A DNA stretch of 64,000 bases, taken from positions 218 to 64,217 of the forward strand of contig CAZPPB010000005.1 of NCBI GenBank assembly GCA_964588355.1, written 5' to 3'. A model generated the notes under the pieces. The model searched no databases. It was given only the letters and a program-made list of their open reading frames with translations, and was not told the origin of the DNA. The position numbers and the translations under genes were made by a program. Within the stretch, counting starts at the first letter, position 1. Each line of letters opens with the position of its first letter. Source of the stretch: an uncultured Spirochaetaceae bacterium (lineage in GTDB: Bacteria; Spirochaetota; Spirochaetia; SZUA-6; DRHE01). Below, in pieces: positions 12,323-22,900 of the stretch.

Positions 12323-12756
12323 TACAGCCCCTCCACGGTTACACCCATGCTCCGGGCTGTTCCGGCGATAATCTTCATCGCCCCGTCGATATCATTGGCG
12401 TTCAAATCCGCCATCTTCTGTTCCGCGATTTCCCGGATCTGCGCCGCCTTAATGGACGCCACCTTGTCCTTGTTCGGCACGGATGATCCTTTTTCCAGGC
12501 CGCAGGCCTTCTTGATCAATACCGCCGCCGGGGGGGTTTTGGTTATGAAGGTGAAGCTCTTGTCCGCATAGACGGTTACCACAACCGGAATGAGTAAACC
12601 CGGCTCCACGTTCTTGGTGCGATCATTGAACTGCTGAACGAACTGGGGTGCCGACACCCCATGGGGACCCAGAGCGGGCCCCACCGGTGGTGCGGGGGTC
12701 GCTTTACCCGCCGGCACCTGCAGCTTGATGAGAGCTGCGATTCTCTTCTTCGCCAT
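12322..12756 (-). CDS. rplK: 50S ribosomal protein L11
   Basis: [20 protein letters not shown]...TARSMG; ATG 12756 with GGAGG SD. Confidence 0.98.
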   Translation of the reverse strand: MAKKRIAALIKLQVPAGKATPAPPVGPALGPHGVSAPQFVQQFNDRTKNVEPGLLIPVVVTVYADKSFTFITKTPPAAVLIKKACGLEKGSSVPNKDKVASIKAAQIREIAEQKMADLNANDIDGAMKIIAGTARSMGVTVEGL

Positions 12757-12761
12757 CTTTT

Positions 12762-12817
12762 TTTCCTCCGTTCGTGGTGACTGCGTCCGCCTCAAGATGC
12801 AGGACGGACTCCCATGA
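12762..12817 (-). promoter_or_regulatory. Putative L1-binding autoregulatory leader of rplK-rplA
   Basis: Minus strand TGGGA-GTCCGTC...GGCGGAC-GCAGTC-ACCAC: a hairpin flanked by GGGA/ACCA elements resembling L1 target sites, next to the SD. Confidence 0.45.
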
Positions 12818-12821
12818 ACCC

Positions 12822-13376
12822 TTAGATTTTCTCCACCTGGAGAAAATCCAGCTCAACCGGTGTCGATCTTCCAAAGATGCCTACCATGACCCGCAATTTT
12901 CCCTTTTCGAGATTGATCTCCTCGACCGTACCGGTAAAACTATCGAAAGGACCGTCGATGATCCGCACGGTCTCTCCCTCCGTAAAGGTCTGTTTGGGCT
13001 TCAGAACCTTTTCGCTCTTTATCTCTCCGGCACGCTGCAGTACCTCCCGTGCCTCCTCACCGCTGATGGCCTGGGGCTTCTGGTTTCTGCCGAAACCCAC
13101 AAATCCCGTCACACCGGGAATCTGGCGAATCGCGGAGCAGATCTGCTTCCAGTTGTTGTCCGGAAGATCCATCTCGATCATGATGTATCCGGGCAGGAAC
13201 TTCTTGGAAGTCACTCGCCGTTTGCCGTCTCTTACCTCAACGACCTCCTCTGCCGGGACTTTGACATTGAATACGTAATCCGCCAAAGCACCGTCTTCGA
13301 CCAGCTTATTGACGTGCTTCTGCACCTTGTTTTCATATCCTGAATAGGTATGGACTACATACCAGCCTTTTGCCAT
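12822..13376 (-). CDS. nusG: Transcription termination/antitermination factor NusG
   Basis: [14 protein letters not shown]...KKFLPGY...VRIIDGPF...[10 protein letters not shown]. Confidence 0.98.
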   Translation of the reverse strand: MAKGWYVVHTYSGYENKVQKHVNKLVEDGALADYVFNVKVPAEEVVEVRDGKRRVTSKKFLPGYIMIEMDLPDNNWKQICSAIRQIPGVTGFVGFGRNQKPQAISGEEAREVLQRAGEIKSEKVLKPKQTFTEGETVRIIDGPFDSFTGTVEEINLEKGKLRVMVGIFGRSTPVELDFLQVEKI

Positions 13377-13416
13377 CGGCGTTTCCTCTTAGGTCGTTCG
13401 CTTCGTCTGCCGGTTT

Positions 13417-13596
13417 TCAGAAAATCAGATCGATTCCACGAAAAATGATGAAATCAACTATACCCAGAGCGATGGCGATGAGGATTACTGAAACCAGAAC
13501 CACCTTTGTCGAAGAGGCTACCTCTTCCCGGCTGGGCCAGGTTACTTTCTTGAGTTCGGCGAAACTCTCTTTGAAGAATCGGATTATCTTCTTCAT
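13417..13596 (-). CDS. secE: Preprotein translocase SecE (59 aa, absent from the ORF track)
   Basis: Manual translation MKKIIRFFKESFAELKKVTWPSREEVASSTKVVLVSVILIAIALGIVDFIIFRGIDLIF; ELKKVTWP motif plus one TM. Confidence 0.95.
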   Translation of the reverse strand: MKKIIRFFKESFAELKKVTWPSREEVASSTKVVLVSVILIAIALGIVDFIIFRGIDLIF

Positions 13597-13641
13597 CTCT
13601 TTCCTCTCGAAGCTTTAAGGATGCGCTTTCTTAAAAGGAAG

Positions 13642-13716
13642 CAGGCCAGGCAGGACTCGAACCTGCAACATCCGGTTTTGGAGACCGGCGCTCTAGCCAA
13701 TTGGAGCTACTGGCCT
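13642..13716 (-). tRNA. tRNA-Trp (CCA anticodon); 3' CCA not encoded
   Basis: Cloverleaf: acceptor AGGCCAG/CTGGCCT, anticodon arm CCGGT-CTCCAAA-ACCGG, T loop GGTTCGAGTCC. Confidence 0.96.
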
Positions 13717-13729
13717 ACGCACTTGGCTG

Positions 13730-13906
13730 TTACTTTATCTTGGTTTCCCTGTGCAAGGTGTGCTTTCTGTCAAACTTGCAGTACTTGTTGAACTCCAGCT
13801 TCCCCTGGATGTTCCTCTTGTTCTTGCTGGTTGTATAATTCCTGCGGTTGCATTCGGTACACTGTAGCGCCACGAGCTCAACCGTCTTCCCCTTAGCCTT
13901 GGCCAT
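13730..13906 (-). CDS. rpmG: 50S ribosomal protein L33 (58 aa, CxxC/CxxD zinc-binding type; absent from the ORF track)
   Basis: Manual translation [58 protein letters not shown]; AGGAG SD. Confidence 0.95.
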   Translation of the reverse strand: MAKAKGKTVELVALQCTECNRRNYTTSKNKRNIQGKLEFNKYCKFDRKHTLHRETKIK

Positions 13907-13982
13907 CCGCTCCTATCCTTCCCGATATTTTCTTGTCGCCCGTCCCTCGACGCGTCCAGCCCTATCGGGCTGTCGAAAACCC

Positions 13983-14012
13983 AATATAATAAAAATACCC
14001 CGTTTTTGTCAA
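13983..14012 (-). promoter_or_regulatory. Sigma70-type promoter upstream of rpmG
   Basis: Minus strand TTGACA (14012-14007), 18 nt spacer, TATATT (13988-13983). Confidence 0.7.
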
Positions 14013-14128
14013 TGGCATAATTTTCGCATTGCCCCTCTCTTGCTGTCTTGCCGCTCGCTGTACCTTCAAACAGACGCGCGACAGGCTCACCGCAAGGGCG
14101 GAGACCCATTCGGGGAATCTTTATTTCC

Positions 14129-14201
14129 AGCCTCCGATCGGACTTGAACCGATGACCCCCTCCTTACCATGGAGGTGCTCTACCAACTGAGCTACAGAGG
14201 C
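14129..14201 (-). tRNA. tRNA-Thr (GGT anticodon); 3' CCA not encoded
   Basis: Cloverleaf: acceptor GCCTCTG/CGGAGGC, anticodon arm CCTCC-ATGGTAA-GGAGG, T loop GGTTCAAGTCC. Confidence 0.96.
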
Positions 14202-14248
14202 GGTTAATTCTTTTATATATATAGAATTAAGCCAAAATTTCGCCGGAT

Positions 14249-14277
14249 ATACTACACTATTTCACGATGTTTGTAAA
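14249..14277 (-). promoter_or_regulatory. Sigma70-type promoter of tRNA-Thr
   Basis: Minus strand TTTACA (14277-14272), 17 nt spacer, TAGTAT (14254-14249), in an AT-rich stretch. Confidence 0.6.
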
Positions 14278-14513
14278 GGTACATCCGCTCGATATTACAA
14301 TTTAATCACAAAAACCTTGACAATCAATCTTTTCAGTCCGAGGATGATGCCGAAAGGGGAGCCCGGTGCGTGTCGTATCATCGCAATGCCCAATTCGAAA
14401 ATGTAAGATTTTTTTTCACCTTCCCTGCCAGCTCCGTCGTTCCCGCGTCGAGTTGAAAAGCATGGGTGGCTTCGTGTACAAACGGCACAGGATCTGTCAG
14501 AAAATGTTTTAAC

Positions 14514-15353
14514 ATGTCCATCCAAAACCTGCTAAAGGATTTTCTTCGAGTCGGGTTTTCCGCAAAGGATTTCTACAGCGTGATAAACAGCGTCTACCGG
14601 CGTTTCTACGCTGAAGATCTCATGCTCCACTACCCGATATGCCGGCACAGGGCAGAGGCTCTCCTCGAGTGCCAAAAGAACCTGACCGACTATTGTCTTT
14701 CAAAATTGCCGGATCTTCGGGATCAGCAGGTTCTGGAGATCGGTTGCGGAAACGGAGTGCAAAGCGCCTATATCCTGGAAAATTGCAGGCCCGCGCGGGT
14801 CATCGGTGTGGATCTGAGCCCAGCCAACATCACGATCGCCCGGAGTCAGCCCGCCCGAGCGGACCGGCTGCTGTTCCTGCTGGACGATGCCCAGGTGCTC
14901 ACTCACATCGAAGATCGGTCGATCGACACGGTGATCAATATCGAAAGCGCGTTCCACTACCCGGATAAAAAGCGCTTTCTTGCCCAGATCAAACGAGTGC
15001 TGAAACCGGGAGGCGCCTTCCTCATCGCCGACATCCTCAACAGGACTGAAAGCGGCAGGAACGCCGTCTCCTTCTGGCAACGGCGGATGAATCTGAATCA
15101 TTGGACCCTGGTGGAATACAGGAACGCCCTGCGGGCGAGCGGCTTGCGGCTCAATCACCAGGAAGATATGACCTCGCTGATCCTGCGCGGATACCGTCAC
15201 GCCCGCATCTGGAGCAGAACCTACCTGGCTCAGGGTCTGATCCCCGCGCTGATGGGCTACGCCTGGGGCAGGGCTATGACCGCCGTGAACTCCCTTCTCC
15301 TTCTAACCCTTCGCCGCTACTACCTCTTCGTGGGCTACAGAAGCAGATCCTGA
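14514..15353 (+). CDS. Class I SAM-dependent methyltransferase (small-molecule/lipid type)
   Basis: VLEIGCGNG motif I, GVDLS, DDAQ, DTVINIESAFHY. Start is uncertain (14514 or 14466). Confidence 0.85.
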   Translation: MSIQNLLKDFLRVGFSAKDFYSVINSVYRRFYAEDLMLHYPICRHRAEALLECQKNLTDYCLSKLPDLRDQQVLEIGCGNGVQSAYILENCRPARVIGVDLSPANITIARSQPARADRLLFLLDDAQVLTHIEDRSIDTVINIESAFHYPDKKRFLAQIKRVLKPGGAFLIADILNRTESGRNAVSFWQRRMNLNHWTLVEYRNALRASGLRLNHQEDMTSLILRGYRHARIWSRTYLAQGLIPALMGYAWGRAMTAVNSLLLLTLRRYYLFVGYRSRS

Positions 15354-15398
15354 CGATCAATCAACGAGTTGCAGCATTCGCGATCCCTTTTTCTTCCA

Positions 15399-15995
15399 TC
15401 ACCGGTAGAACAGCAGCAGGGATCCGCCGTACAGGCGCCGATCTGACAGATGCAGGCGGCCGCCGGCGGATACGGGAACTTCCCCCGCGCCGGCGGTTTC
15501 CGCAACCGTGATCTCCGGCCCGAAGCCAATAACCTGCGGAAAGCTCCTCTCCTCCTCTTTGGACAGATGGATGATCAGGATTCCGCCTTGGTTGAGGATC
15601 CGCCGGGCTGCGATCAGCTGCAAAACCTCCAGCTTGCCCCGCTGACGGAATGGGGGATCGAGGAAGATCCGATCGAAGCTGCGCTTGACCCGCCGCAGAT
15701 AGTGCTCAACCGGCAGGAGGTGCATTTCGGTCTGCTCCTGAACAATGTCCAAATTGCGCTGCAGGGCCGAACGCTTGCCCCGGTCCTTCTCCACGAATGC
15801 CACCGGTTCGGCGCCCCGGGAGGCCGCTTCGATCCCCACCGACCCGGATCCGCAGTACAGATCGAGGAACGAACAGCCTTGAATGTCCCGGAGCACGGCG
15901 AACAGGGATTCCCGCATCCGATCCATTGCAGGACGGATCACCCCTGGGGGAACGATCAGTTTTCTTCCTTTATATGTCCCGCCGGTAATCCTCAA
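15399..15995 (-). CDS. rsmD: 16S rRNA m2G966 methyltransferase RsmD
   Basis: MRITGGTYKGRKL...RESLF...LDLYCGSG...EAASRGA...FLDPPF; TTG start overlaps the recG stop. Confidence 0.9.
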   Translation of the reverse strand: MRITGGTYKGRKLIVPPGVIRPAMDRMRESLFAVLRDIQGCSFLDLYCGSGSVGIEAASRGAEPVAFVEKDRGKRSALQRNLDIVQEQTEMHLLPVEHYLRRVKRSFDRIFLDPPFRQRGKLEVLQLIAARRILNQGGILIIHLSKEEERSFPQVIGFGPEITVAETAGAGEVPVSAGGRLHLSDRRLYGGSLLLFYR

Positions 15996-18043
15996 TTCGA
16001 CCCTCCCTGTGCATCGAGCACCTCCCTCAAAGCCCGGTGCTGCGGATCCAGCAGCCCCGGATCCCTCGAGAGGATCTCCCGGGCGTCCTCCCGGGCCAGC
16101 AGAAACAGGTCCCAGTCGGAAATCAGCTCTGCGACGGCGAAGCGCGGGAATCCGGACTGTTTCTGACCCAGGAACTCCCCCGGGCCCCGGATCTTCAGAT
16201 CCTGCTCGGCGATCTCGAATCCATCCGTGGCGTTCATGATCGCCTTCAGACGGGCGATCCCCATCTCGGTGAGATTGCTGCCGTATATCAGAAATGCATA
16301 GGACTGTCTCTCACCCCGCCCTACCCTGCCCCGCAGCTGATGAAGGTTGGACAGCCCGAACCGTTCGGCATGTTCGATCACCATGCAGGTGGCCCGCGCG
16401 ACATCCACACCCACCTCCAACACGCTGGTAGCCACCAGGATATCGATCTGTCCGGCCGCAAACCCCTGCATGACCCGGATCTTCTGCTCCTCCGTCACCC
16501 GGGAGTGGATCAGGGCCAGGCGAAGACCGGCAAACACCCCCCTCTTCAACCGCTCATACATCCGCTCGGCGTCCTTGAGCTCCAGGCTGGAGGATTCTTC
16601 GATCAGGGGGTACACGAAGTAAGCCTGGCCGCCCCGGGCGATCTCCCGCCGCACCCTCTCGTAGACCTTGACCTCGTTCCCCTGGCGGGCCAGATGGGTG
16701 ATCACCGCTTTGCGGCCCCGGGGAAGGCTGCGGATCTCCGAAACGTCAATCTCTCCGAAAGCGCTGAGGGCCAGGGTGCGGGGAATCGGGGTGGCGCTCA
16801 TCAGCAGCAGATCCGGGTGATCCCCCTTGGCCACCAGGGCCCGGCGCTGAGCAACCCCGAAGCGCTGCTGCTCATCCACGATCACCAGGCCCAGCCTCCT
16901 GTACTGCACATCTTCAGAGAAAAGTGCATGGGTGCCGATCAGCAGATCGATCTCTCCGGCCTCGAGACTGTCCAGAAGCAGTCGCCGCCCGGCGCCCTGC
17001 ACATTTCCCGACAGGAAGGCTACTCGAACTCCCAGGGGCTCGAGCAATCGGGCCGCGTTGTCCCCGTGCTGGCGGGCCAGCAGCTCCGTGGGGACCAGCA
17101 GCGCCGCCTGATCCCCGGACTCGATCACCGAAAGGGCCGAGGCCAGGGCGACCAGCGTTTTGCCGCAGCCCACCTCCCCCTGCAGCAACCGCGCTCCCGG
17201 ATGGGGGGCGAACAGATCCTCCTCGATCTCCTGGAGGACCCGCAGCTGATCGGCGGTGAGGGCAAAGGGCAGGCGATCCAGGAGAGCTCGCTTCAGCGCG
17301 CCGGCGGGGCGGGGGCGGGATCGCCGTATGGAGGCGCGGATCAGCCGGCTGCGGCCGAGGGCAAGCTGATAGTGCAGCAGCTCCTCGTAGGCCAGGGTCT
17401 TTCGGGCCCGGGCGAGCTGCTCCATGGACTCGGGAAAATGGACAGCCTCCAGGGCCGCACGTTTGGGCAGACAGTCCCGGCGCTCCCGCAGGGCAGGAGG
17501 GAGCCCTTCGCTCAGCTGCGGCAGAACGATATCCAGAGCCCGGCGCATCAGCTGGCGGAGCGCAGTCTGGCGCAGGCCTTCGGTCAGGGGATAGATCGGC
17601 AGGATCCGGGCATAATCGGCCCGTTCACGCCCCTGTTCAAAGGGCTCGACTTCGAAATCACTGGCCTGAAGCTCGCCGCCGCGGCGTTGGAATCGTCCCC
17701 ACACCCAAAACCTCCTCCCCGGCTGGAGGACCCCGGACAGATAGCCGCGCCCGAAGCACAGAAGCGCCGCCCTGCCCGTCTCATCCTCGATTCCGACCTT
17801 CAAGGTCTTGCGGTAGCCCCTGCCGATCCATCCGCGGGAGCGGACGCGAACCAGCACGTTCACCCGATCGGCCCGCTCGGCCGCCTCGAGGCTGTCCCTG
17901 TGGCGGCGATCCTGATAAGTTTTGGGATAGTGGCTCAGCAGCTCAGCGAGGGTTCGAATACCGAGACGCTCCAGGCGACGCCGGGCGACCGGCCCGACGC
18001 CGTGAAGCTCTTCGACCCCTTCCCGGTACTCATGCAGATGCAT
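15992..18043 (-). CDS. recG: ATP-dependent DNA helicase RecG
   Basis: QGEVGCGKT, IVDEQQRFGV, MSATPIPRTL, QLRGRVGRG, DLKIRGPGE. Confidence 0.96.
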   Translation of the reverse strand: MHLHEYREGVEELHGVGPVARRRLERLGIRTLAELLSHYPKTYQDRRHRDSLEAAERADRVNVLVRVRSRGWIGRGYRKTLKVGIEDETGRAALLCFGRGYLSGVLQPGRRFWVWGRFQRRGGELQASDFEVEPFEQGRERADYARILPIYPLTEGLRQTALRQLMRRALDIVLPQLSEGLPPALRERRDCLPKRAALEAVHFPESMEQLARARKTLAYEELLHYQLALGRSRLIRASIRRSRPRPAGALKRALLDRLPFALTADQLRVLQEIEEDLFAPHPGARLLQGEVGCGKTLVALASALSVIESGDQAALLVPTELLARQHGDNAARLLEPLGVRVAFLSGNVQGAGRRLLLDSLEAGEIDLLIGTHALFSEDVQYRRLGLVIVDEQQRFGVAQRRALVAKGDHPDLLLMSATPIPRTLALSAFGEIDVSEIRSLPRGRKAVITHLARQGNEVKVYERVRREIARGGQAYFVYPLIEESSSLELKDAERMYERLKRGVFAGLRLALIHSRVTEEQKIRVMQGFAAGQIDILVATSVLEVGVDVARATCMVIEHAERFGLSNLHQLRGRVGRGERQSYAFLIYGSNLTEMGIARLKAIMNATDGFEIAEQDLKIRGPGEFLGQKQSGFPRFAVAELISDWDLFLLAREDAREILSRDPGLLDPQHRALREVLDAQGGSN

Positions 18044-18047
18044 CGCA

Positions 18048-18632
18048 TCAGATCGGCAGATTGTTGAGGAACGCAACCAGACGGGGAACCAGATAAAGGC
18101 CGAGCAGCCAAAGAACCAGGAGGAAAACGATCGTCAGGTACAGATACTGACGCTCGGAAAGCGTCTGTCTGGCGGGGAAGATGCGGCGCACCAGGGACAC
18201 CGCCGGCTCGATCATATAACCGAGAGCTCCGATGAGCCGGGAGTCCCGCATATTGGCAACCGCTCCCAGGATCGCCCTCAGAACGGCCATGACCAGAAAC
18301 AGAACCAGCAGAAAACGGACAGCCGCCCAGAGTGCGCCGGCAACTATACCCAGGAAGAGCCCCAGGGAAATCTTGCCGGTTTCCCCGATCAAGTAGATCA
18401 CCTGCAGAATCACCACCAGGGTGAGGATGGCCGCTATAGGGGTGAAATCGATCGTCCCCCGCCGCAGGAAGCGAAGGCGTCTGAACAACGACAAATACGG
18501 TTCGGTAAGCCGGACCAACAGCTCCCACGGCCTGCCGTAAACCGATCCCTGGAACCAGGACAGAATGATGCGCAGGCCAAGCATTAGAATGTAGACGAAG
18601 ATGATTGCTGTTAAGAAGCGCCAGAACGTCAA
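18048..18632 (-). CDS. YggT-family membrane protein (extended)
   Basis: RIILSWF...LTEPYL...IDFTPIAAIL; second half repeats the YggT-like pattern; TTG start with GGAGG SD. Confidence 0.8.
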   Translation of the reverse strand: MTFWRFLTAIIFVYILMLGLRIILSWFQGSVYGRPWELLVRLTEPYLSLFRRLRFLRRGTIDFTPIAAILTLVVILQVIYLIGETGKISLGLFLGIVAGALWAAVRFLLVLFLVMAVLRAILGAVANMRDSRLIGALGYMIEPAVSLVRRIFPARQTLSERQYLYLTIVFLLVLWLLGLYLVPRLVAFLNNLPI

Positions 18633-18655
18633 ATCTTTACCTCCCTCGTTTCGCT

Positions 18656-19945
18656 CTACAACGGCAGAATTCTGTAGAAGCGGGACTGCTCGGAGATACC
18701 CGATTCCGCGCTCACCTCGCGAAGCGCCTTTCTGGCCTGCTCTTCCCTGGCCTCATCCACCAGGACGTACAGGTCGGAAGGCTCGCTGGGATCTTCCCAT
18801 TTCTGATGCACCGATTCGATATTGATGCCGTTGTCTGCCAGACAGCCGGTAACCGCCGCCCAGATCCCCGGTCTGTTCGCTGTTATGAAATGGAAGAAGT
18901 AGCGATACTCCATCTCCTTCTCCGGATACAGCTCAAGAGCCCGGGAAGGATCGAAGGGATAGCCGCCGCGGCGGTCATGCAGCACCAGACTCTGCACCAG
19001 ATCTCCCAGATCCGAAGCCACCGAAGAGGCGGTCGCATTCGCCCCGGCGCCCCGGCCCAAAAACAGGGCCGGCCCGAGATAGTCACATTCCACGAATACC
19101 GCATTGACCTCGTCCCGCACCAGGGCGAGGGGGTGGCGAGCCGGGATCAGGGCGGGAAACACGGTGACCGAGGGCTTGCCGTCGATGAGGATAGCCGAAG
19201 CGATCAGCTTGATGGCAAATCCTGCCGACGCTGCGAACTCGATCTCTCCGGGGGTCACCGTGGTGATTCCCTCACAGAGGATGTTGCGGTAGTCCACCCA
19301 GCCGCCGAAGGCAAAGGCGGCCAGAAGACTGATCTTGTGCGAAGCATCTCCGCCGCCGACATCCAGGGTCGGGTCGGCTTCGGCGAAGCCTGCATCCTGA
19401 GCCTGCTGCAGCGCTTCGGCGAAGGGCAGCTGCTGCTCACTCATCCGGGTGAGGATGTAGTTGGAGGTCCCGTTCAAAATGCCCAGGATCTTATCGATCC
19501 GGTTGCCCACCAGGCTCTCGCGAACGATCTTGATGATCGGGATCCCCCCCCCGACCGCCGCCTCGAATTTGAGGTAGACCTGCTTCTCCCGCGCCAGTTT
19601 GAACAATTCGGCGCCGCGGAGGGCCAGGAGCGCCTTGTTCGCGGTGATGACATGTTTTCCCGCTTCGATCGCGGATTGGATGATCTCATAGGCGACATCG
19701 GTACCGCCGACCAGCTCGATCACGACCTTGATGTCCTGCTGTTCGACGATGCTGCGGTAGTCATCCACCAGCAGCTCCCGGGGGACCAGAGCTTGAGCAG
19801 CGGCGGTGTCGATCTCCGCGATCCTCGCGATCTCCACTGAAGTTCCCATCTTGCTGGCAAAATGGCTTCCGTTCCGGCTCATCAGTTCGTAGAAGCCCCT
19901 GCCCACCGTGCCCAGCCCGACCAGGCCTACCTTTACTCTTTCCAT
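18656..19945 (-). CDS. hom: Homoserine dehydrogenase with C-terminal ACT domain
   Basis: GLGTVG, VITANKALLA, FEAAVGGGIPII, LNGTSNYIL, EADPTLDVGG. Confidence 0.95.
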   Translation of the reverse strand: MERVKVGLVGLGTVGRGFYELMSRNGSHFASKMGTSVEIARIAEIDTAAAQALVPRELLVDDYRSIVEQQDIKVVIELVGGTDVAYEIIQSAIEAGKHVITANKALLALRGAELFKLAREKQVYLKFEAAVGGGIPIIKIVRESLVGNRIDKILGILNGTSNYILTRMSEQQLPFAEALQQAQDAGFAEADPTLDVGGGDASHKISLLAAFAFGGWVDYRNILCEGITTVTPGEIEFAASAGFAIKLIASAILIDGKPSVTVFPALIPARHPLALVRDEVNAVFVECDYLGPALFLGRGAGANATASSVASDLGDLVQSLVLHDRRGGYPFDPSRALELYPEKEMEYRYFFHFITANRPGIWAAVTGCLADNGINIESVHQKWEDPSEPSDLYVLVDEAREEQARKALREVSAESGISEQSRFYRILPL

Positions 19946-22900
19946 ACGTCCTCCACCAATGGATGTTCACGAACCTCCGCCAGAACCCGATCCTCCGCCG
20001 ACAGGGTGATGTGGGGCGAGGCCTTGATCACGACCTCCCCGCTCGCCCCATTTCCCCGGACGTGGAAGTACACCCCGCAGTCACCGGGTTTGTCGACTAT
20101 GAAATCCCGCAGCCGCAGGAACTGCTCCTCATTGCCCTCCGCGGAGGCGAAACGCAGGTGCACCGCCCGCGCCTGTTTATCCTTGAGTTCCTCGGGATCG
20201 AGCAGGGATTCGACCAGAAGCTTGGGTTCCCCCCTGCTGTTGTCGATACGCCCCCGAGCCACCATCACGCTGTCCCCGACCAGCCGCTCTCTGGATTTCT
20301 CGAAGACATCGGAGAACAGCACCAGCTCAACGGTACCGCGGAAATCCTCCAGTTGAGCGAAGGCCATCCGGCGGCCCGTCCTCGTGGTGATCTCCTTGAT
20401 CTCCTTGAGAATGCCTATCACCGTATAGGTCCTTTGGGCGGAACAGGCGGTCAGCCGGCTGAGATCGAGGTTACCGTGATTCTGTATGTGATTCCGATAT
20501 TTGTCGAGGGGGTGGCCGGAAAAGTAGAAACCGAGGTTCTGCTTTTCATGGGTGAGCTTCTCGAGAGCCGGCCACGGGGGACAGGGCTCCATGATCAGGG
20601 GTGATTCGTTTTCCTCCAGGGGATCGAAAAGAGTGGTCTGCCCGTACTTCTGGATCTCTTTGAAGCTGTTCACGGTTTCCAGGATCCTGTCCAGATTGTG
20701 CATCAACACGGCCCGACCGGTACCCAGATTATCGAACAAGCCGCAGCGGATCAGGGTCTCCACGACCTTGCGGTTCACGGTTTTCAGATCCAAACGTTTC
20801 AGGAACTCCAGAAGATCTTTGAATGCCCCTCCCTGGTTTCGCTCCTCCACGATGTGATCCACCGCCGCACTGCCGACGTTTTTGATCCCCCGGAGTCCGT
20901 ATACGATCTTGCCTTCCCGCACCGTGAACTCCTGCTCGCTCACATTGATATCAGGAGGCAGCACCTCCAAGCCCATGGTCCGGGCTTCGGCGATATACTC
21001 CGACAGTTTGTCCGTGGAATTGATCTCATTCGTCAGGTTGGCCGCCATGAACTCCGCCGGGTAGTTGGCCTTGAGATAGGCGGTCTGATAGGCCAGCAGG
21101 GAGTAGGCCGCCGCATGGGACTTGTTGAATCCGTATCCGGCAAAAGGAACCAGAAGCTCGAAAATTTTTTCCGCCTGGGCGCCGGAGTAGCCCTTGGCCG
21201 CCGCCCCTTTCAGAAATTTGACCTTCTGCCGGGCCATGACATCTACCTTCTTCTTGCCCATGGCCCGGCGCAGGATGTCCGCCTCGCCGAGGGAATAACC
21301 CGCGACCTGGCGGGCGATCTCCATCACCTGTTCCTGATACACGATGACCCCATAGGTCTCCTCGAGGATCGGCTCGAGCTCCGGCAGAGGGTATTGAATG
21401 CGCTTTTTTCCGTTCTTGGCATCGATGAACTGGTCGATATACTCCATCGGGCCCGGACGATACAGGGCGTTCAAGGCGATCAGGTCGGGGATCGATGTCG
21501 GTTTGGACTTTCTCAGAATTTCCTGCATACCCTGGCTTTCAAACTGGAAGATGCAGGTGCTTCGCCCCTCCCCGAGGAGGCGAAAAGTGGCGGGGTCATT
21601 TTCGGGGATACGGTCGATTTCCATGTTCACCCCACGCCGCTTGAGAAGGTCAATGGTGTTTTTGATTATCGTGAGGGTTTTCAGGCCCAGGAAGTCCATC
21701 TTCACCAACCCGCAGTCTTCCAGATAGTCCATCGAGTACTGGGTGGAAACCGTCTCGGTCTTCGGGTCCCGATACAGGGGAACGTAGTGGGTCAATTCCT
21801 GCTGCCCTATCACGATCCCCGCCGCATGGGTGGAGGCGTGCCGATGCAACCCTTCCAGCCTCAGGCTGACGTCGAGAAGTTTCTTGTAGTTCTCACCCAG
21901 CGAAGTCATACGGGCAAGCTCCGGGTCCACCTTCATCGCTTTGCGCAGGTTCATCTTCGGTCCCAGGGGCACTCTCTTGGCTATAGCGTCGGCCTCGGCA
22001 TAGGGGATATCCAGAACCCGGGCCACATCCCGAATCACGGCGCGGGCCTTCAAGGTTCCGAAGGTGATGATCTGTCCAACCCGGTCGCTTCCATACTTGC
22101 GCAGCACGTAGTCGATGACCGCCGGCCGTCCCTCATAGCAGAAATCGATATCGAAATCGGGCATCGACACCCTCTCCGGATTGAGGAATCGTTCGAACAG
22201 CAGCCCGTACTTGAGGGGATCGATGTCGGTGATCTTCAGGGCATAGGCTGCAAGCGACCCGGCGCCGGACCCCCTGCCCGGACCCACGGGGATTCCGTTT
22301 TCCCGGGCGTAGTGGATGAAATCCCAGACGATCAGGAAATAACCGGTATAGCCCATCGTGTTTATCACGGACAACTCGTAGTCCAGACGCTCCCGTATCT
22401 CCGGGCCGGATTCGGAATACCGCTCGGCCAGTCCGCGATGGGCCAGTTCAGACAGGTAGCTGCCCAAAGTGTAGCCCTCGGGAACCTCGTAGTGTGGGAG
22501 CAGAGGACCCGGAAGGGGGATTTCCAGATCGCACATATCGGCGATCACCCGGGTGTTCGTCAAGCTCTCGGGAAATTCGGGAAGCGCCCGGGCCATCTCC
22601 TCCCTGCTCTTGAAGTAGAACTCCGGATAGGCGAACTTGAGACGCTTGCCCTCGCTGACCTTTTTTCCTGTGCCGATGCAGATCAGGATATCCTGGGAGT
22701 AGGCGTCCTCCTTGTCCGTATAGTGGATATCGTTGGTGGCAACTGTGGGGATGCCGGTTTCCCGAGCCAGCTCCGACAACCCGCTGAGAATGGTGCGCTG
22801 CTCCGGTATGCCCTGATATTGCAGCTCCAGGTAGAAATTGCCCCGCCCGAACAGCTCGTCATAAAATCGTGCCTTATCCCGGGCCGCCTGCTTCTGGCCG

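Noticed and set aside
13907-14128. tuf gene or remnant between tRNA-Thr and rpmG
   Set aside because: Only about 220 nt, containing a promoter; no EF-Tu-like translation found.
14129-15353. tRNA-Thr as an integration site for an island
   Set aside because: No integrase and no duplicated tRNA 3' end seen; the extra gene lies on the 5' side of the tRNA.
15399-15520. Unusual insertions in RsmD (and similarly in TrkA and LigA)
   Set aside because: Short, low-complexity loop insertions with catalytic motifs intact; likely lineage variation.
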